Below are positions 21,401-29,967 of a DNA stretch of 37,147 nt, piece by piece. The translations under genes and the position numbers were made by a program. The notes beneath the pieces are model-generated. The model was not told where the DNA came from. It did not search any database and saw only the letters and a list, made by a program, of their open reading frames with translations. Location: contig JBAXSP010000006.1 in the NCBI GenBank assembly GCA_037130655.1, positions 1 to 37,147 of the forward strand, read 5' to 3'. The DNA comes from a bacterium. GTDB taxonomy: Bacteria > Patescibacteriota > Minisyncoccia > Phycocordibacterales > UBA9973. The stretch's first letter is position 1. Each line of letters starts with the position of its first letter.

Positions 21401-22822
21401 AGTAGAAACACCTTGGGTAAAAGTTGTATTACCAGTACCATCAATTTGTATACGAGTATTACTTGCTTGTGATGTTCCTCCGGTCAAAAAGTATAAAGAT
21501 TTACCTGACGAACCTGTACCGATCAAAAGATTTCCACCAGAACCAGCACCGATATTGTACAAGTATGCATCATTTGCTACGCCCATCACCCCGCCAGTAT
21601 ATCCAGAACTATTGATTCCCATATCGACATATCCTGTCGTCTCACTACCATTATCTGCTGTTGCAACAACATCTGAAGAGGCTAATGTTCCCGCATTAGT
21701 GTTTTGGATATTTAATTGCAAATAACTATTGATACTACCAGTACCTTTGACAACATTTACAGAACTTGTTACACCTGCTGCAACCAATAACTTTTCTGGA
21801 TTTGTTCCATCAAAAGAAGTGGTACCGATCGCCATACGATTGTTTGCTTCATCATATGTAGAATTACCAAACAATATTGAACCTTTCGTTACGTTTGAAG
21901 TTGAAGAGAGTGTGAGATTTTCACCTGACGCAGTACCTCCAATAACTGATTGCCCTCCAGAAATTCCAGTGGAAAGATTGTTGGTAATAGTATCTACTAT
22001 GCGAGTAAGTCCTGTTGAAAAAGTGAGCGTATTTTCTTTATTGTTGAATGTAGACCAATCAGTACTTGAAAGCACACCAGTATTCGAATTATCTGCAACT
22101 GTGGTTGTAATAGATACTGACGTTGTTGATAATTGATTGGATACAGAAATAGCAATCCCATTATCATTATCACCTGCACTTGTTATAAAATCAGAAGACT
22201 GTAATTTTCCGTTGAAAGTATTCCAGTCAGACGAACTAAGATATCCGTCTGTTGCAGTATCAGCAAGATCGATAGAAATAGTATTGGCAGTATTTCGAAG
22301 CGGTAAACTGAAACTAAGAGTGTCTTGTTTTCCATTAAACATAGACCAATCAGTTGATGTCAGTAATCCTCGAGCAGAAGCAGATGCGGTAGGAAAATTA
22401 AATGTATGGACTGTTCCTGTTGAACTAATATTAAAATCACTCCCAGTTGTTCCTGTTGCAAATGTTTGTGTACTTCCAGTTAGTCCATTCAAAGACTGGA
22501 CTGCACTACTGACCCCACCTGAAATAGTCACTGTTGTAACACCACCTGATTCAGTTGCAACTACACCAGCACCGACAAAATCAAGTGCTTTTGTTTGATA
22601 GGTAAGATTTGTTCCTTCATCACGAGATTCCAAAATCCCAACAGTACAGTTTGTAGAACCAGGAGTACAAGTTGGATCGAGTGTTTCGCCTGGTGTATAT
22701 GGTGAAGTTGAAGGTGCTGCAAAAATAGTAAGACCAATTCCAAACACAACAAAAAACAACAACGAAAAAAGCAATCGCCAGTGAATGCGCACAGAAGTTG
22801 TAATGTTTTTTATTATCGACAT
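18419..22822 (-). CDS. Large fibre/adhesin-like surface protein with peptidase S74-type (intramolecular chaperone) domain
   Basis: N-terminal TM/signal; three G.L.S.DW..FN.K repeats; GNVGIGT motifs; internal ~140-aa duplication; SSDEKLKDI...GLDAIMGIVPQTYSWK...GVIAQNVEQFIPEAV; acidic Pro-rich tail. Confidence 0.8.
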   Translation of the reverse strand: MSIIKNITTSVRIHWRLLFSLLFFVVFGIGLTIFAAPSTSPYTPGETLDPTCTPGSTNCTVGILESRDEGTNLTYQTKALDFVGAGVVATESGGVTTVTISGGVSSAVQSLNGLTGSTQTFATGTTGSDFNISSTGTVHTFNFPTASASARGLLTSTDWSMFNGKQDTLSFSLPLRNTANTISIDLADTATDGYLSSSDWNTFNGKLQSSDFITSAGDNDNGIAISVSNQLSTTSVSITTTVADNSNTGVLSSTDWSTFNNKENTLTFSTGLTRIVDTITNNLSTGISGGQSVIGGTASGENLTLSSTSNVTKGSILFGNSTYDEANNRMAIGTTSFDGTNPEKLLVAAGVTSSVNVVKGTGSINSYLQLNIQNTNAGTLASSDVVATADNGSETTGYVDMGINSSGYTGGVMGVANDAYLYNIGAGSGGNLLIGTGSSGKSLYFLTGGTSQASNTRIQIDGTGNTTFTQGVSTSGSPVAFTLTGATHTTLATSTEASDVNFNLARIVQFNTGALTTQRAFRIQAPTYSFVGASTITDAATFAVTGAPIKGTNATITSSHGILVQAGAVSTATAAYGLTVNAPTGATTNLAAQFLDAATMSGAETFYPVGDFYRSSGTDGVKVGYWSRSSGTAEGGAIMGRSTSLILGAMSGTTPQRALTILNGANTPSMFFGTSTSPNSPYDFGMSGAITFYTTPNTTKWTGLVTSGIYTSSNGPIIYGSNGVNGSSFGDLVLQSRSLSTTSVGIVTGATPAVRMRIDGTGNTTFTQGVAATSTSPTAFTLTGAAHLALATSTEATDVNFNLARTVQFNTGALTTQRAFLIQAPTYSFVGSSTITDAATLAITGAPIKSTNATITNTHALLISASAVSTATNSYGLTVNAQTGATNNYAAQFIGGNVGIGTATPAYSLDVAVTASASSTKLRAANIVLADGSPGATTYGLKVDNQVVTSSGTNYGIHSTAIASTNSPGTAIAVYGLANTSFNSYGGYFVATTVNGRVGYGVYSSVGNTGGGTASIAYGGYFETTQAASSTRVIAANFNTSGATSSHYLFDGQNNSSSVFSVRGTGQTVIGSSTIPTGWLHVGANLSASAWGTTGININTTASTYTDTSTGAAGTVTNAVANAFGMPTLASTNAITVTNGANMYIAGGAIKGSNTTLTNSHALLIAAGAVSTATNSYGLTVNTQTGATNNYAAQFIGGNVGVGTSAPVSLFSVGASSQFQVNSSGVIAAAAGVTSSGTITFSGLVGCVGLATNGTGIVSCSSDEKLKDIHSEYTRGLDAIMGIVPQTYSWKADSYLNDGGILYSGVIAQNVEQFIPEAVNTGALGYKQVSQMTLIVTAINAIKELDLKIVPLTDLSTDTPQSLGSLMKQFLENANNTLQEVFFGKVHTKELCLDDVCITKTQLQQLLQQQNVQPNQSSGGGSSNNTGDVTPPAEESTGGDSGTPPTEEPAPPADSGTPPADVSATTD

Positions 22823-22934
22823 GTTTATATTAAAATCGATACTCTTATATTATATGTTAGGTTGAGTATTTTTTTTTATAAAAGTGTTGAAAACAAAGTG
22901 TTTTTTGGTAAATAATAAATTTTTTTTAGAAAAT

Positions 22935-22996
22935 AAAAAAATGAGCGAAAATTTATTTTTTCTTTATTAGAAAAAATAAATTTTCGCTCATTTTTT
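22935..22996 (-). terminator. Long AT-rich palindrome just after the ftsH stop
   Basis: AAAAAAATGAGCGAAAATTTATTTTTTCT...AGAAAAAATAAATTTTCGCTCATTTTTT. Confidence 0.65.
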
Positions 22997-23001
22997 ATAA
23001 A

Positions 23002-24900
23002 CTAACCCACCATTTTCTTCAACGGAATACTATATTTCTTCAAAATTTCTTCGTATTCTGGCTGTTCAAGTGTCTCTACTTCCATCAATTTTTCGGCAAT
23101 TGCATCAAGAATATTTCGATGTTTGGTGAGTACTTCACGAGCACGCGCGAGTCCATCATTCATGATTTTTGAAACCTCTGCGTCAATTTTCATTGACATA
23201 TTTTCAGAATACTCCTTGTCACCAACACCTGCACCAAACAATGCTCGCCCACCATCACTTTCAAGCGCAACCGGACCGATCGCATCACTCATCCCCCACC
23301 GAGTCACCATTGCACGCGCCAAATTGGTCGCAACTTGCAAATCATTTGATGGACCAGTGGTGATATCTCCCATGATCATTTCTTCAGCAACATAGCCACC
23401 GAGTGACATTGCAATATCATCAAGAAATTCTTTTTTGCTTTGCAGTTTTCGTTCTTCAAGTGGAAGCTTGAGCGTATAACCACCAGCACGTCCACGAGCA
23501 ATGATAGAAACTTTGTGTACTGGATCAGCATCAGGAAGTATCGAAGAAACAAGCGCGTGCCCTGCTTCGTGATATGCAGTAATCTTTTTTTCTTTTTGAG
23601 TAAACAAATGACTTTTTCGTTCAGGACCAATCATTACTTTTTCAATCGAGCGGAACAAATCATTTTGCACAACGGTTGTACGATTTTCTCGCGCCGCCAA
23701 AATTGCACCTTCATTCATCAGTGAATACAAATCTGCACCTGAGAATCCTGGAGTTCGTTCGGCAATCAATTTCAAATCAACATCTTCGGCAAATGGTTTT
23801 TTGCGAGCATGAATTTGTAAAATTTCTTCACGATCCCGACGATCTGGCAGGTCAATTGTCACACGACGATCAAAACGTCCTGGACGAAGTAACGCCGGAT
23901 CAAGTACATCAGAACGATTAGTTGCTGCCATAACAATAACTTTTTCAGTTGGTTCAAAACCATCCATCTCCACCAAAATTTGATTGAGTGTTTGTTCACG
24001 TTCGTCATTTCCGCCACCAGTTCCATGTCCACGGACACGACCAACAGCATCAATCTCATCGATAAAAACGATTGCAGGAGAAGCCTTTTTGGCCATTTTG
24101 AATAAATCTCGCACACGAGAAGCGCCAACACCAACAAACATTTCAACAAATTCAGAACCTGACAAATGGAAAAACGGCACCCCTGCTTCCCCTGCTACTG
24201 CGCGAGCAAGCAATGTTTTTCCGGTTCCTGGAGCGCCGGTCAACAACACTCCTTTTGGAATTTGTGCACCGATATCCAAAAACTTTTTTGGATTACGCAA
24301 GAAGTCCACAATCTCAACTAATTCTTCTTTGGCTTCGCGAGCACCCGCAACATCAGCAAAGGTCACTTTGTTATTTTTATCATTCGGGTCAGTCAATCGT
24401 GCACGAGAATTTCCAAAAGACATTGCTTGTCCATTTGCGCCTTTCATTTGACGAGCCATATAAAACATAATCAAACCAATCACAATGACTGGACCAAGAA
24501 TTGGTAGTACTAACATCAACCAAAATGACGCACCGCTTCCTGAATCAACAGTGATCGGCACCGTGATCAACTTTTCTTTGGGTACACCATAGGTAATCAA
24601 TGCTTCTGATAGTGCATTTTCTGTTTCTTTGGTTGTAACAATTTCAGTACCATCAACTTTTTTGGCAGTGATTTTATTACCATCAACAGCAATTGAAGCA
24701 ATACTTCCATCGGTTACAAAACTAGCAAATTGTGAAAAAGCTACGACAGTTTTTTCTTTGTGATTTCCGACAATTGCACTATACACACCAATGACAATCA
24801 TCAATAACAAGATAGTTGAAATCATGTGTTTCCCAAAATAAGCAAGAGCTTTGTTGGGTGGCTTTTGTGGATTTTTTGTTGGTTGTTTTTTGTTTGACAT
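23002..24900 (-). CDS. ftsH: ATP-dependent zinc metalloprotease FtsH
   Basis: Two TM helices, [34 protein letters not shown]. Confidence 0.98.
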   Translation of the reverse strand: MSNKKQPTKNPQKPPNKALAYFGKHMISTILLLMIVIGVYSAIVGNHKEKTVVAFSQFASFVTDGSIASIAVDGNKITAKKVDGTEIVTTKETENALSEALITYGVPKEKLITVPITVDSGSGASFWLMLVLPILGPVIVIGLIMFYMARQMKGANGQAMSFGNSRARLTDPNDKNNKVTFADVAGAREAKEELVEIVDFLRNPKKFLDIGAQIPKGVLLTGAPGTGKTLLARAVAGEAGVPFFHLSGSEFVEMFVGVGASRVRDLFKMAKKASPAIVFIDEIDAVGRVRGHGTGGGNDEREQTLNQILVEMDGFEPTEKVIVMAATNRSDVLDPALLRPGRFDRRVTIDLPDRRDREEILQIHARKKPFAEDVDLKLIAERTPGFSGADLYSLMNEGAILAARENRTTVVQNDLFRSIEKVMIGPERKSHLFTQKEKKITAYHEAGHALVSSILPDADPVHKVSIIARGRAGGYTLKLPLEERKLQSKKEFLDDIAMSLGGYVAEEMIMGDITTGPSNDLQVATNLARAMVTRWGMSDAIGPVALESDGGRALFGAGVGDKEYSENMSMKIDAEVSKIMNDGLARAREVLTKHRNILDAIAEKLMEVETLEQPEYEEILKKYSIPLKKMVG

Positions 24901-25020
24901 TTAGCGATTATATCATAATTTTCAAAGAAAATTTGAATTTTCCTACCAAGAAAATTCACGTCGAAAGAATTTTATAGACTTCGTCTATAAAATTTTTCGA
25001 CCCCGTGGTACGATAGAAAT

Positions 25021-25458
25021 ATGTCACTTATTCGCAACAAAAAAGCCAATTTCAATTATGAAATTGTCGACAAAATGGAAGCAGGAATCCAGCTCACCGG
25101 ACAAGAAGTGAAGTCTATTCGTGCTGGCCAAGGTAACATCGACAGTGCGTTCGTCGTCTTTTCTGACGGAGAACTGGAACTCGTTGGAATGAATATTCCG
25201 CCGTATCAGCCGAAAAACACCTCACCAGCATATGACCGCGAACGCACTCGAAAACTCCTTGTCAGCAAGAAACAGATCCGTGATTTGATTACCGAACGTG
25301 ACGCCAAAAAATTGACACTATTCCCTGTTTCGTTGTACAATAAGGGCACCAAAATCAAAGTAGAAATTGCTTTGGGAAGAGGTAAAAAAGTGTTCGACAA
25401 ACGCGAAACAATCAAAAAGCGTGATGTTGAGCGAGAGATACGAAGAGTGATGAAATAA
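25021..25458 (+). CDS. smpB: SsrA-binding protein
   Basis: NKKANFNY, EAGIQLTGQEVKSIR, RTRKLL, GKKVFDKRETIK; adjacent to tmRNA. Confidence 0.97.
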   Translation: MSLIRNKKANFNYEIVDKMEAGIQLTGQEVKSIRAGQGNIDSAFVVFSDGELELVGMNIPPYQPKNTSPAYDRERTRKLLVSKKQIRDLITERDAKKLTLFPVSLYNKGTKIKVEIALGRGKKVFDKRETIKKRDVEREIRRVMK

Positions 25459-25484
25459 AAGATCATTGAAAAAGTAAAAGTCGC

Positions 25485-25552
25485 TTAGTCGTTAGTTATT
25501 AGTCATTTAGCAGATTACCTAAGTGACTAACAACCATAAGACTATCGACTAA
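25485..25552. repeat. Degenerate TTAGTCA heptamers in inverted arrangement
   Basis: TTAGTCG TTAGTTA TTAGTCA ... TGACTAA CAACCAT AAGACTA TCGACTAA. Confidence 0.65.
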
Positions 25553-25560
25553 AATAATTG

Positions 25561-25946
25561 GGGGATGCCAGGCATCGACAATGATGATTAGCCTTTTGGT
25601 GCATACCAAGCTCGTACGCAACTTGCAAAACTACGTACAAAAACTGAAATGCAAAAAACTCTTTTGCAGTAAAGTCTCCATTCTTCGGAGTGAACGACTT
25701 TGCTTTTGCTACTGCTTAATTGCGTAGTATGTTCGTCTATTTGATCCATAATAAAATAGCGCGAGCATCATATCATTATGGTAAGAAATAATTGCGTCCG
25801 AAATTATTTCCGACAATGAAGGAATCGAGTGATTGCTGGTTTGTTGTTTTGATACGACAATCATTCTAAAAAAACCAAAATAACTATGTATGTAGATTCC
25901 ATCTGCGCATCATCATTGCACTGGGGTTCGAATCCCCACATCTCCA
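25561..25946 (+). ncRNA. ssrA: tmRNA
   Basis: GGGGATG/CATCTCC-A acceptor stem with G3.U pair, TCGAC motif, TGGGG-TTCGAAT-CCCCA T-arm, tag frame 25651-25719 AKNSFAVKSPFFGVNDFAFATA*. Confidence 0.95.
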
Positions 25947-26153
25947 CATTTTTAAAACGCACAATATTTGTGCGTTTTAAAAATGTGGAGATGTGAACGA
26001 ATGAACTGCTTCATTCGTGTGGGATTCGAACGGCCGGAGCCATAGTTGCCTTGCAACAGGCGAGGCGGGGTCGCGAACACTTAGTAGAATTGGAGCTAAA
26101 GCGAACAATTATACTTAGTGATTCGTGACTCAAATCCGCCCACCATCTCCACA
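25947..26153 (+). repeat. tmRNA-3'-associated structured element
   Basis: 28-bp perfect inverted repeat 25937-25964/25968-25995, motifs shared with 18156-18376, and a direct copy CATCTCCACA at 26144-26153. Confidence 0.8.
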
Positions 26154-26155
26154 AA

Positions 26156-26190
26156 TTAAAAATACCCTTATAAATTAAGGGTATTTTTAA
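26156..26190 (+). terminator. Terminator after the ssrA locus
   Basis: TTAAAAATACCCTTA-TAAAT-TAAGGGTATTTTTAA. Confidence 0.7.
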
Positions 26191-26205
26191 TGTTTTGTAC
26201 TACTA

Positions 26206-26234
26206 TTGACATAAATATTATAATATGCTATACT
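26206..26234 (+). promoter_or_regulatory. sigma70 promoter
   Basis: TTGACA-17 nt-TATACT with extended -10 TG. Confidence 0.75.
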
Positions 26235-26329
26235 ATTATCAGATTTGAAATGACTTAATTGTCTGTTGTTGGGTTACCATAGTTCCCTTATAGGATTTAT
26301 GGCAACCCAAAAAACAAAACAAATAAATT

Positions 26330-26728
26330 ATGAAAAAGTACATTGCAATTTTATTTTTTGCCTGCATGGCAACAACGAGCTCCTTTGCTCAAAAAAACAA
26401 CTCTTCTGATACTTTAACAAAAGAACCTGTATTGATGTATGTCAAAGCAACTTCTGCGTTTATTGTGTCTGATTTTAAGCTTGATGAAGTAAAATTTGGT
26501 GATTACCCAATGGTGACAGTGCTAATGATGAGAGACACTATGCATCTTACACAAGAAGTGCTTCCTATCGAACTTACCGCCGGAAAATATGTATACTCTG
26601 CAGATTTCAAAGATGTGATTAAAAAAACCACCTCGGAAATTACAGCAAATGTACATTGGAACAAAGGGGTGGAGGAGAAATTTTTCTCAGCATGCTCATC
26701 TGGTTCTCGTATCATTGTTGTCCGTTAA
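26330..26728 (+). CDS. Hypothetical secreted protein
   Basis: MKKYIAILFFACMATTSSFA|Q signal peptide; own promoter, and terminator hairpin at ~26751-26779. Confidence 0.75.
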   Translation: MKKYIAILFFACMATTSSFAQKNNSSDTLTKEPVLMYVKATSAFIVSDFKLDEVKFGDYPMVTVLMMRDTMHLTQEVLPIELTAGKYVYSADFKDVIKKTTSEITANVHWNKGVEEKFFSACSSGSRIIVVR

Positions 26729-26777
26729 CATTAAGAATTACATCCCACTTCCACCTTGTTTAACACAAGGTGGTTTT

Positions 26778-27512
26778 TTATTTCCCAATTATCTCCGTCC
26801 GCTCAATCCTCCACGCAAGTGCAGATACACCAATTTTTTCTCCGACATCTTCACACAATTTTCGAATATATGTTCCACTCGAAACTGTTGCCACACATTG
26901 AGTGATCAAAAATTTTGTTTCTTTTCCTTGTAAAAGATTTTCCCACTCTTCTAGAATTTCTTGTTGTCGAAAATCCCCTTTTACTTTCCCAATTCGCTCT
27001 TTGATTTCTTGTAACAATTCATTGGCAGATTTTTCTTCAAAACCCAAAACATTGGTGTCAGAAATCTCTACTTCATGAGTTGGAGCAATCACCTCTTTGC
27101 CTTCTCGGGCATATTGCCACAACGGAATCCCATCAACTGTTTTTGAGGAATACATTGGATATGTTTGTAATTGTTTTCCTTTGAAAGACGAAATCACTTT
27201 AGTGATTTCGTCTTTCAATTCTTTTGAATTACTTTCAACTTTATAACTTTCAACTTTCCCCATCACGTCTCCTGTATCAGTTCCAAAACCGAACAAAATC
27301 TCAAATTCATACACTTTTGAAAGTCCATTAAAATCGTCTTTTTTATGAACATCTTCTCCGGTGAGCACAATTAAAATCCCTGAAGCTAATGGGTCCAAAC
27401 GTCCCGCATAAGTCATAGAAACATTGGAATCTAAGGCTTTTTCGATACGAACCCTGTCCAAAACCTCAAGCGGAGTTTCTCCTTCATTTTTATAAATAGA
27501 GTAAATAGACAT
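26778..27512 (-). CDS. truB: tRNA pseudouridine(55) synthase TruB-family, no PUA domain
   Basis: YAGRLDPLASG, TDTGD, PMYSS, VSSGTYIRKL. Confidence 0.88.
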   Translation of the reverse strand: MSIYSIYKNEGETPLEVLDRVRIEKALDSNVSMTYAGRLDPLASGILIVLTGEDVHKKDDFNGLSKVYEFEILFGFGTDTGDVMGKVESYKVESNSKELKDEITKVISSFKGKQLQTYPMYSSKTVDGIPLWQYAREGKEVIAPTHEVEISDTNVLGFEEKSANELLQEIKERIGKVKGDFRQQEILEEWENLLQGKETKFLITQCVATVSSGTYIRKLCEDVGEKIGVSALAWRIERTEIIGK

Positions 27513-27563
27513 TACACAATAAAAGATATATCAATTACTAATTATAATCAAATAAAAAACAGG

Positions 27564-27902
27564 TCAAGATGACCTGTTGTATTGAACTTTCTGATATTCA
27601 AAATTTGCTGACCTGCCCCAAAAACAAATTTCACCTTCTTTAAGTGTCATAAAGCGTGGCTTACAACTGATACACTTGCCTTGTTCGTTATAAATAATTT
27701 CCACAGAAAAAGCATGGCCGAGAAAACGAACATTTTTATCTTTTCCAACAATTAGAAGACGTGGACCCCAAAATTCAAAGTGTGACTCATGAAGAACTCT
27801 TGTCCCTGACATACCGGCAGAGCTAGCTGAATGAAACATGTTCGTTGTTTTTTTAACCAAAAAGACAGTAAGATTACGAATAAATGCGTTTATTTTTTTC
27901 AT
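27564..27902 (-). CDS. Hypothetical protein (start 27902 or 27935)
   Basis: ORF filling the gap upstream of truB; no motif recognised. Confidence 0.5.
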   Translation of the reverse strand: MKKINAFIRNLTVFLVKKTTNMFHSASSAGMSGTRVLHESHFEFWGPRLLIVGKDKNVRFLGHAFSVEIIYNEQGKCISCKPRFMTLKEGEICFWGRSANFEYQKVQYNRSS

Positions 27903-28060
27903 TTTAAGACTATTTTTCCCTTCATTACAATACAAATAAAATACAATAAAATCAAGCTTATTTTTAGACCCTCAAGCCACGTCCTTAGAAACTTGCTTTT
28001 TTTGGATTTATAAGCTATTATTGACCTTACGAAACCGTCTATGTTTTCGTATTTCTTACA

Positions 28061-28573
28061 TTGCAAATCAAAATAAACAACCAAATACGAGCTACTGAAG
28101 TACGTGTTATTGGAGGCGACGCTGAGGCATTAGGTGTTATGGCAACGAAAGACGCTGTAGCCCTTGCTCAGTCTCAAAATATGGATCTTATTGAGATCTC
28201 TCCAATGGCAGTCCCCCCAGTTGCAAAAATAATGGAATACGGGAAATTTTTGTATGAACAAGCCAAAAAGCAGAAAAAAGCTAAGGCGAGTACAAAAATC
28301 ACCGAAACCAAAAGTATTCAGGTCAAGATTGCCACTGGAGACGGAGACCTTGCTATCAAAGCAAAGACCGCATCAAAATGGCTCGCTGAAGGACATCGTA
28401 TCAAGGTTGAACTATATTTGCAGGGACGTGCGAAATATATGAACGAAGCATTTCTCAAGGAACGACTCGACAGAGTACTCAACCTCATTACTGAAAAGTA
28501 CAAGATTGCAGAACCGGTCAAGAAAATACCAAAAGGAATGATGCTCGTCATTGAACGAGATAGTAAAAAATAA
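28061..28573 (+). CDS. infC: Translation initiation factor IF-3
   Basis: INNQIRATEVRVI, DLIEISP, PPVAKIMEYGKFLYE; non-ATG start; precedes rpmI-rplT. Confidence 0.96.
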   Translation: MQIKINNQIRATEVRVIGGDAEALGVMATKDAVALAQSQNMDLIEISPMAVPPVAKIMEYGKFLYEQAKKQKKAKASTKITETKSIQVKIATGDGDLAIKAKTASKWLAEGHRIKVELYLQGRAKYMNEAFLKERLDRVLNLITEKYKIAEPVKKIPKGMMLVIERDSKK

Positions 28574-28577
28574 TTTT

Positions 28578-28769
28578 ATGAGTATCAAAACAAACAAGTC
28601 ATTATTGAAAAGATTGAAAATTACTAAAAACGGTAAGGTTCTTTCTCGCAAGCCAGGATTCAATCACTTTAACGCAAAACAATCACGTAGTAAGCAATTG
28701 AACGGTAAGAAAATGCAAGCATTTACTTTGACTAACAAAGACATGGGGCAATTTCTTCCTCACAATTAA
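28578..28769 (+). CDS. rpmI: 50S ribosomal protein bL35
   Basis: ATG 28578, KTNKSLLKRLKITKNGKV...NHFNAK; conserved operon position. Confidence 0.93.
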   Translation: MSIKTNKSLLKRLKITKNGKVLSRKPGFNHFNAKQSRSKQLNGKKMQAFTLTNKDMGQFLPHN

Positions 28770-28794
28770 TTTTTAATAATATAACCACCCAGAT

Positions 28795-29142
28795 ATGTCA
28801 CGAGTAAAAAGAGGAACAATTTCATTAAAACGTCGTCGCAATGTCCTTTCTAAGGTAAAAGGATACCGATTTGGACGTAGTACAAAGGAACGACAAGCAC
28901 GCGAAGCTATTGCTCACGCAGGAAGTTACGCATTTGCTCACCGTCGTGACAAGAAAAACGACTTCCGCCGACTATGGATTGTTCGTTTGAATGCAGCACT
29001 TCGACCACTTGGACTTTCATACAGTAAATGGATCGGAAACTTGAAGAAAGCAAATATCGAAGTTGATCGAAAAATTCTTTCTGAAATCGCCCGAACAAAT
29101 CCTGAAAGTTTCGCTCGAGTAATGGAGCAAACAAAAGGCTAA
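28795..29142 (+). CDS. rplT: 50S ribosomal protein bL20
   Basis: MSRVKRG, KKNDFRRLWIVRLNAA, DRKILSEIA. Confidence 0.97.
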   Translation: MSRVKRGTISLKRRRNVLSKVKGYRFGRSTKERQAREAIAHAGSYAFAHRRDKKNDFRRLWIVRLNAALRPLGLSYSKWIGNLKKANIEVDRKILSEIARTNPESFARVMEQTKG

Positions 29143-29183
29143 CAAATAAAAAAACTACCGAAATCGGTAGTTTTTTTATTTGT
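29143..29183. terminator. Bidirectional terminator
   Basis: CAAATAAAAAAACTACCGA-AA-TCGGTAGTTTTTTTATTTG. Confidence 0.8.
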
Positions 29184-29188
29184 CTATA

Positions 29189-29830
29189 TTAATCTTGATG
29201 TTTAATTGGTGAAAATTCTTTTTCTTTGTCCTTTGCAACCATTGCAAGTATCTTTGTCACCAATCGAGCAGGGTCAGTATCAAAGATGACTTTGTCTGTT
29301 GGGCGATTACCTCGTTCCATAATCTCCTTGATTGTTTCGTCCATTGTCCACTCCCCTTCGAGTACGCCAATTGGTTTACCATCTTCGAATGCAATCGTAA
29401 ATTCATGAATTGTTCCGATACGTCCACAGCCAATCAGAATCGCGTCACAACTGCGTGTAAACAACAAATCTCGTCCTGGGAAGCCGAAGCCTGTGTAGAC
29501 AATCAAGTCTGTGTAATCAAGTGGTAGTCGATATGTTTCAACGTGTTCATGTTCACTCATAGCCGGTGACAATCCGATAACAATACCGTTTTCTTCTTTT
29601 GCACCCATTGATGCCCAAAGTGGAAAACCTGTTGTTGCACCAGTGACCACAATTCCTCCTTGTTTGATTACTTCTCTTCCGAGTCCTTTGGCAGCATCAA
29701 GTGCATGCAAACCACAAGTTCCTGTTTCTGCGGCTCCTGAGATACCAATTTTGACCTTTAAGTGATTGTGTTTGTCTCCGTTTCCAATCGGTCCGTTGTA
29801 ACAGAGGAACTTATTTTTATTATCGTCCAT
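29189..29830 (-). CDS. LOG/SLOG-family Rossmann nucleotide-binding protein
   Basis: IGISGA, VVTGATTGFP, GRDLLFTRSCDA, GRIGTIHEF. Confidence 0.8.
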   Translation of the reverse strand: MDDNKNKFLCYNGPIGNGDKHNHLKVKIGISGAAETGTCGLHALDAAKGLGREVIKQGGIVVTGATTGFPLWASMGAKEENGIVIGLSPAMSEHEHVETYRLPLDYTDLIVYTGFGFPGRDLLFTRSCDAILIGCGRIGTIHEFTIAFEDGKPIGVLEGEWTMDETIKEIMERGNRPTDKVIFDTDPARLVTKILAMVAKDKEKEFSPIKHQD

Positions 29831-29889
29831 TTTTTATGAAATTTATATTATATTAGTTAATTATAGCACAGGAAAAATTATGTAAGATT

Positions 29890-29967
29890 ATAGAGAATAG
29901 AAAATAGATTATAGTGTAACAAAATATGTTTTAATCTATGTTCTATATTCTCTTTTCTATATTCTGT
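29890..29967. repeat. Degenerate ATAGAAA/TTTCTAT heptamers, inverted arrangement
   Basis: ATAGAGA ATAGAAA ATAGATT ... AATCTAT GTTCTAT ATTCTCT TTTCTAT ATTCTGT. Confidence 0.6.

Noticed and set aside
18156-22822. Prophage or island at tRNA-Ile
   Set aside because: No integrase, no phage structural genes and no distal att copy seen.
24920-25001. Two hairpins between ftsH and smpB as an ncRNA
   Set aside because: They lie between divergent -10 boxes and are probably untranscribed; no second copy recognised.
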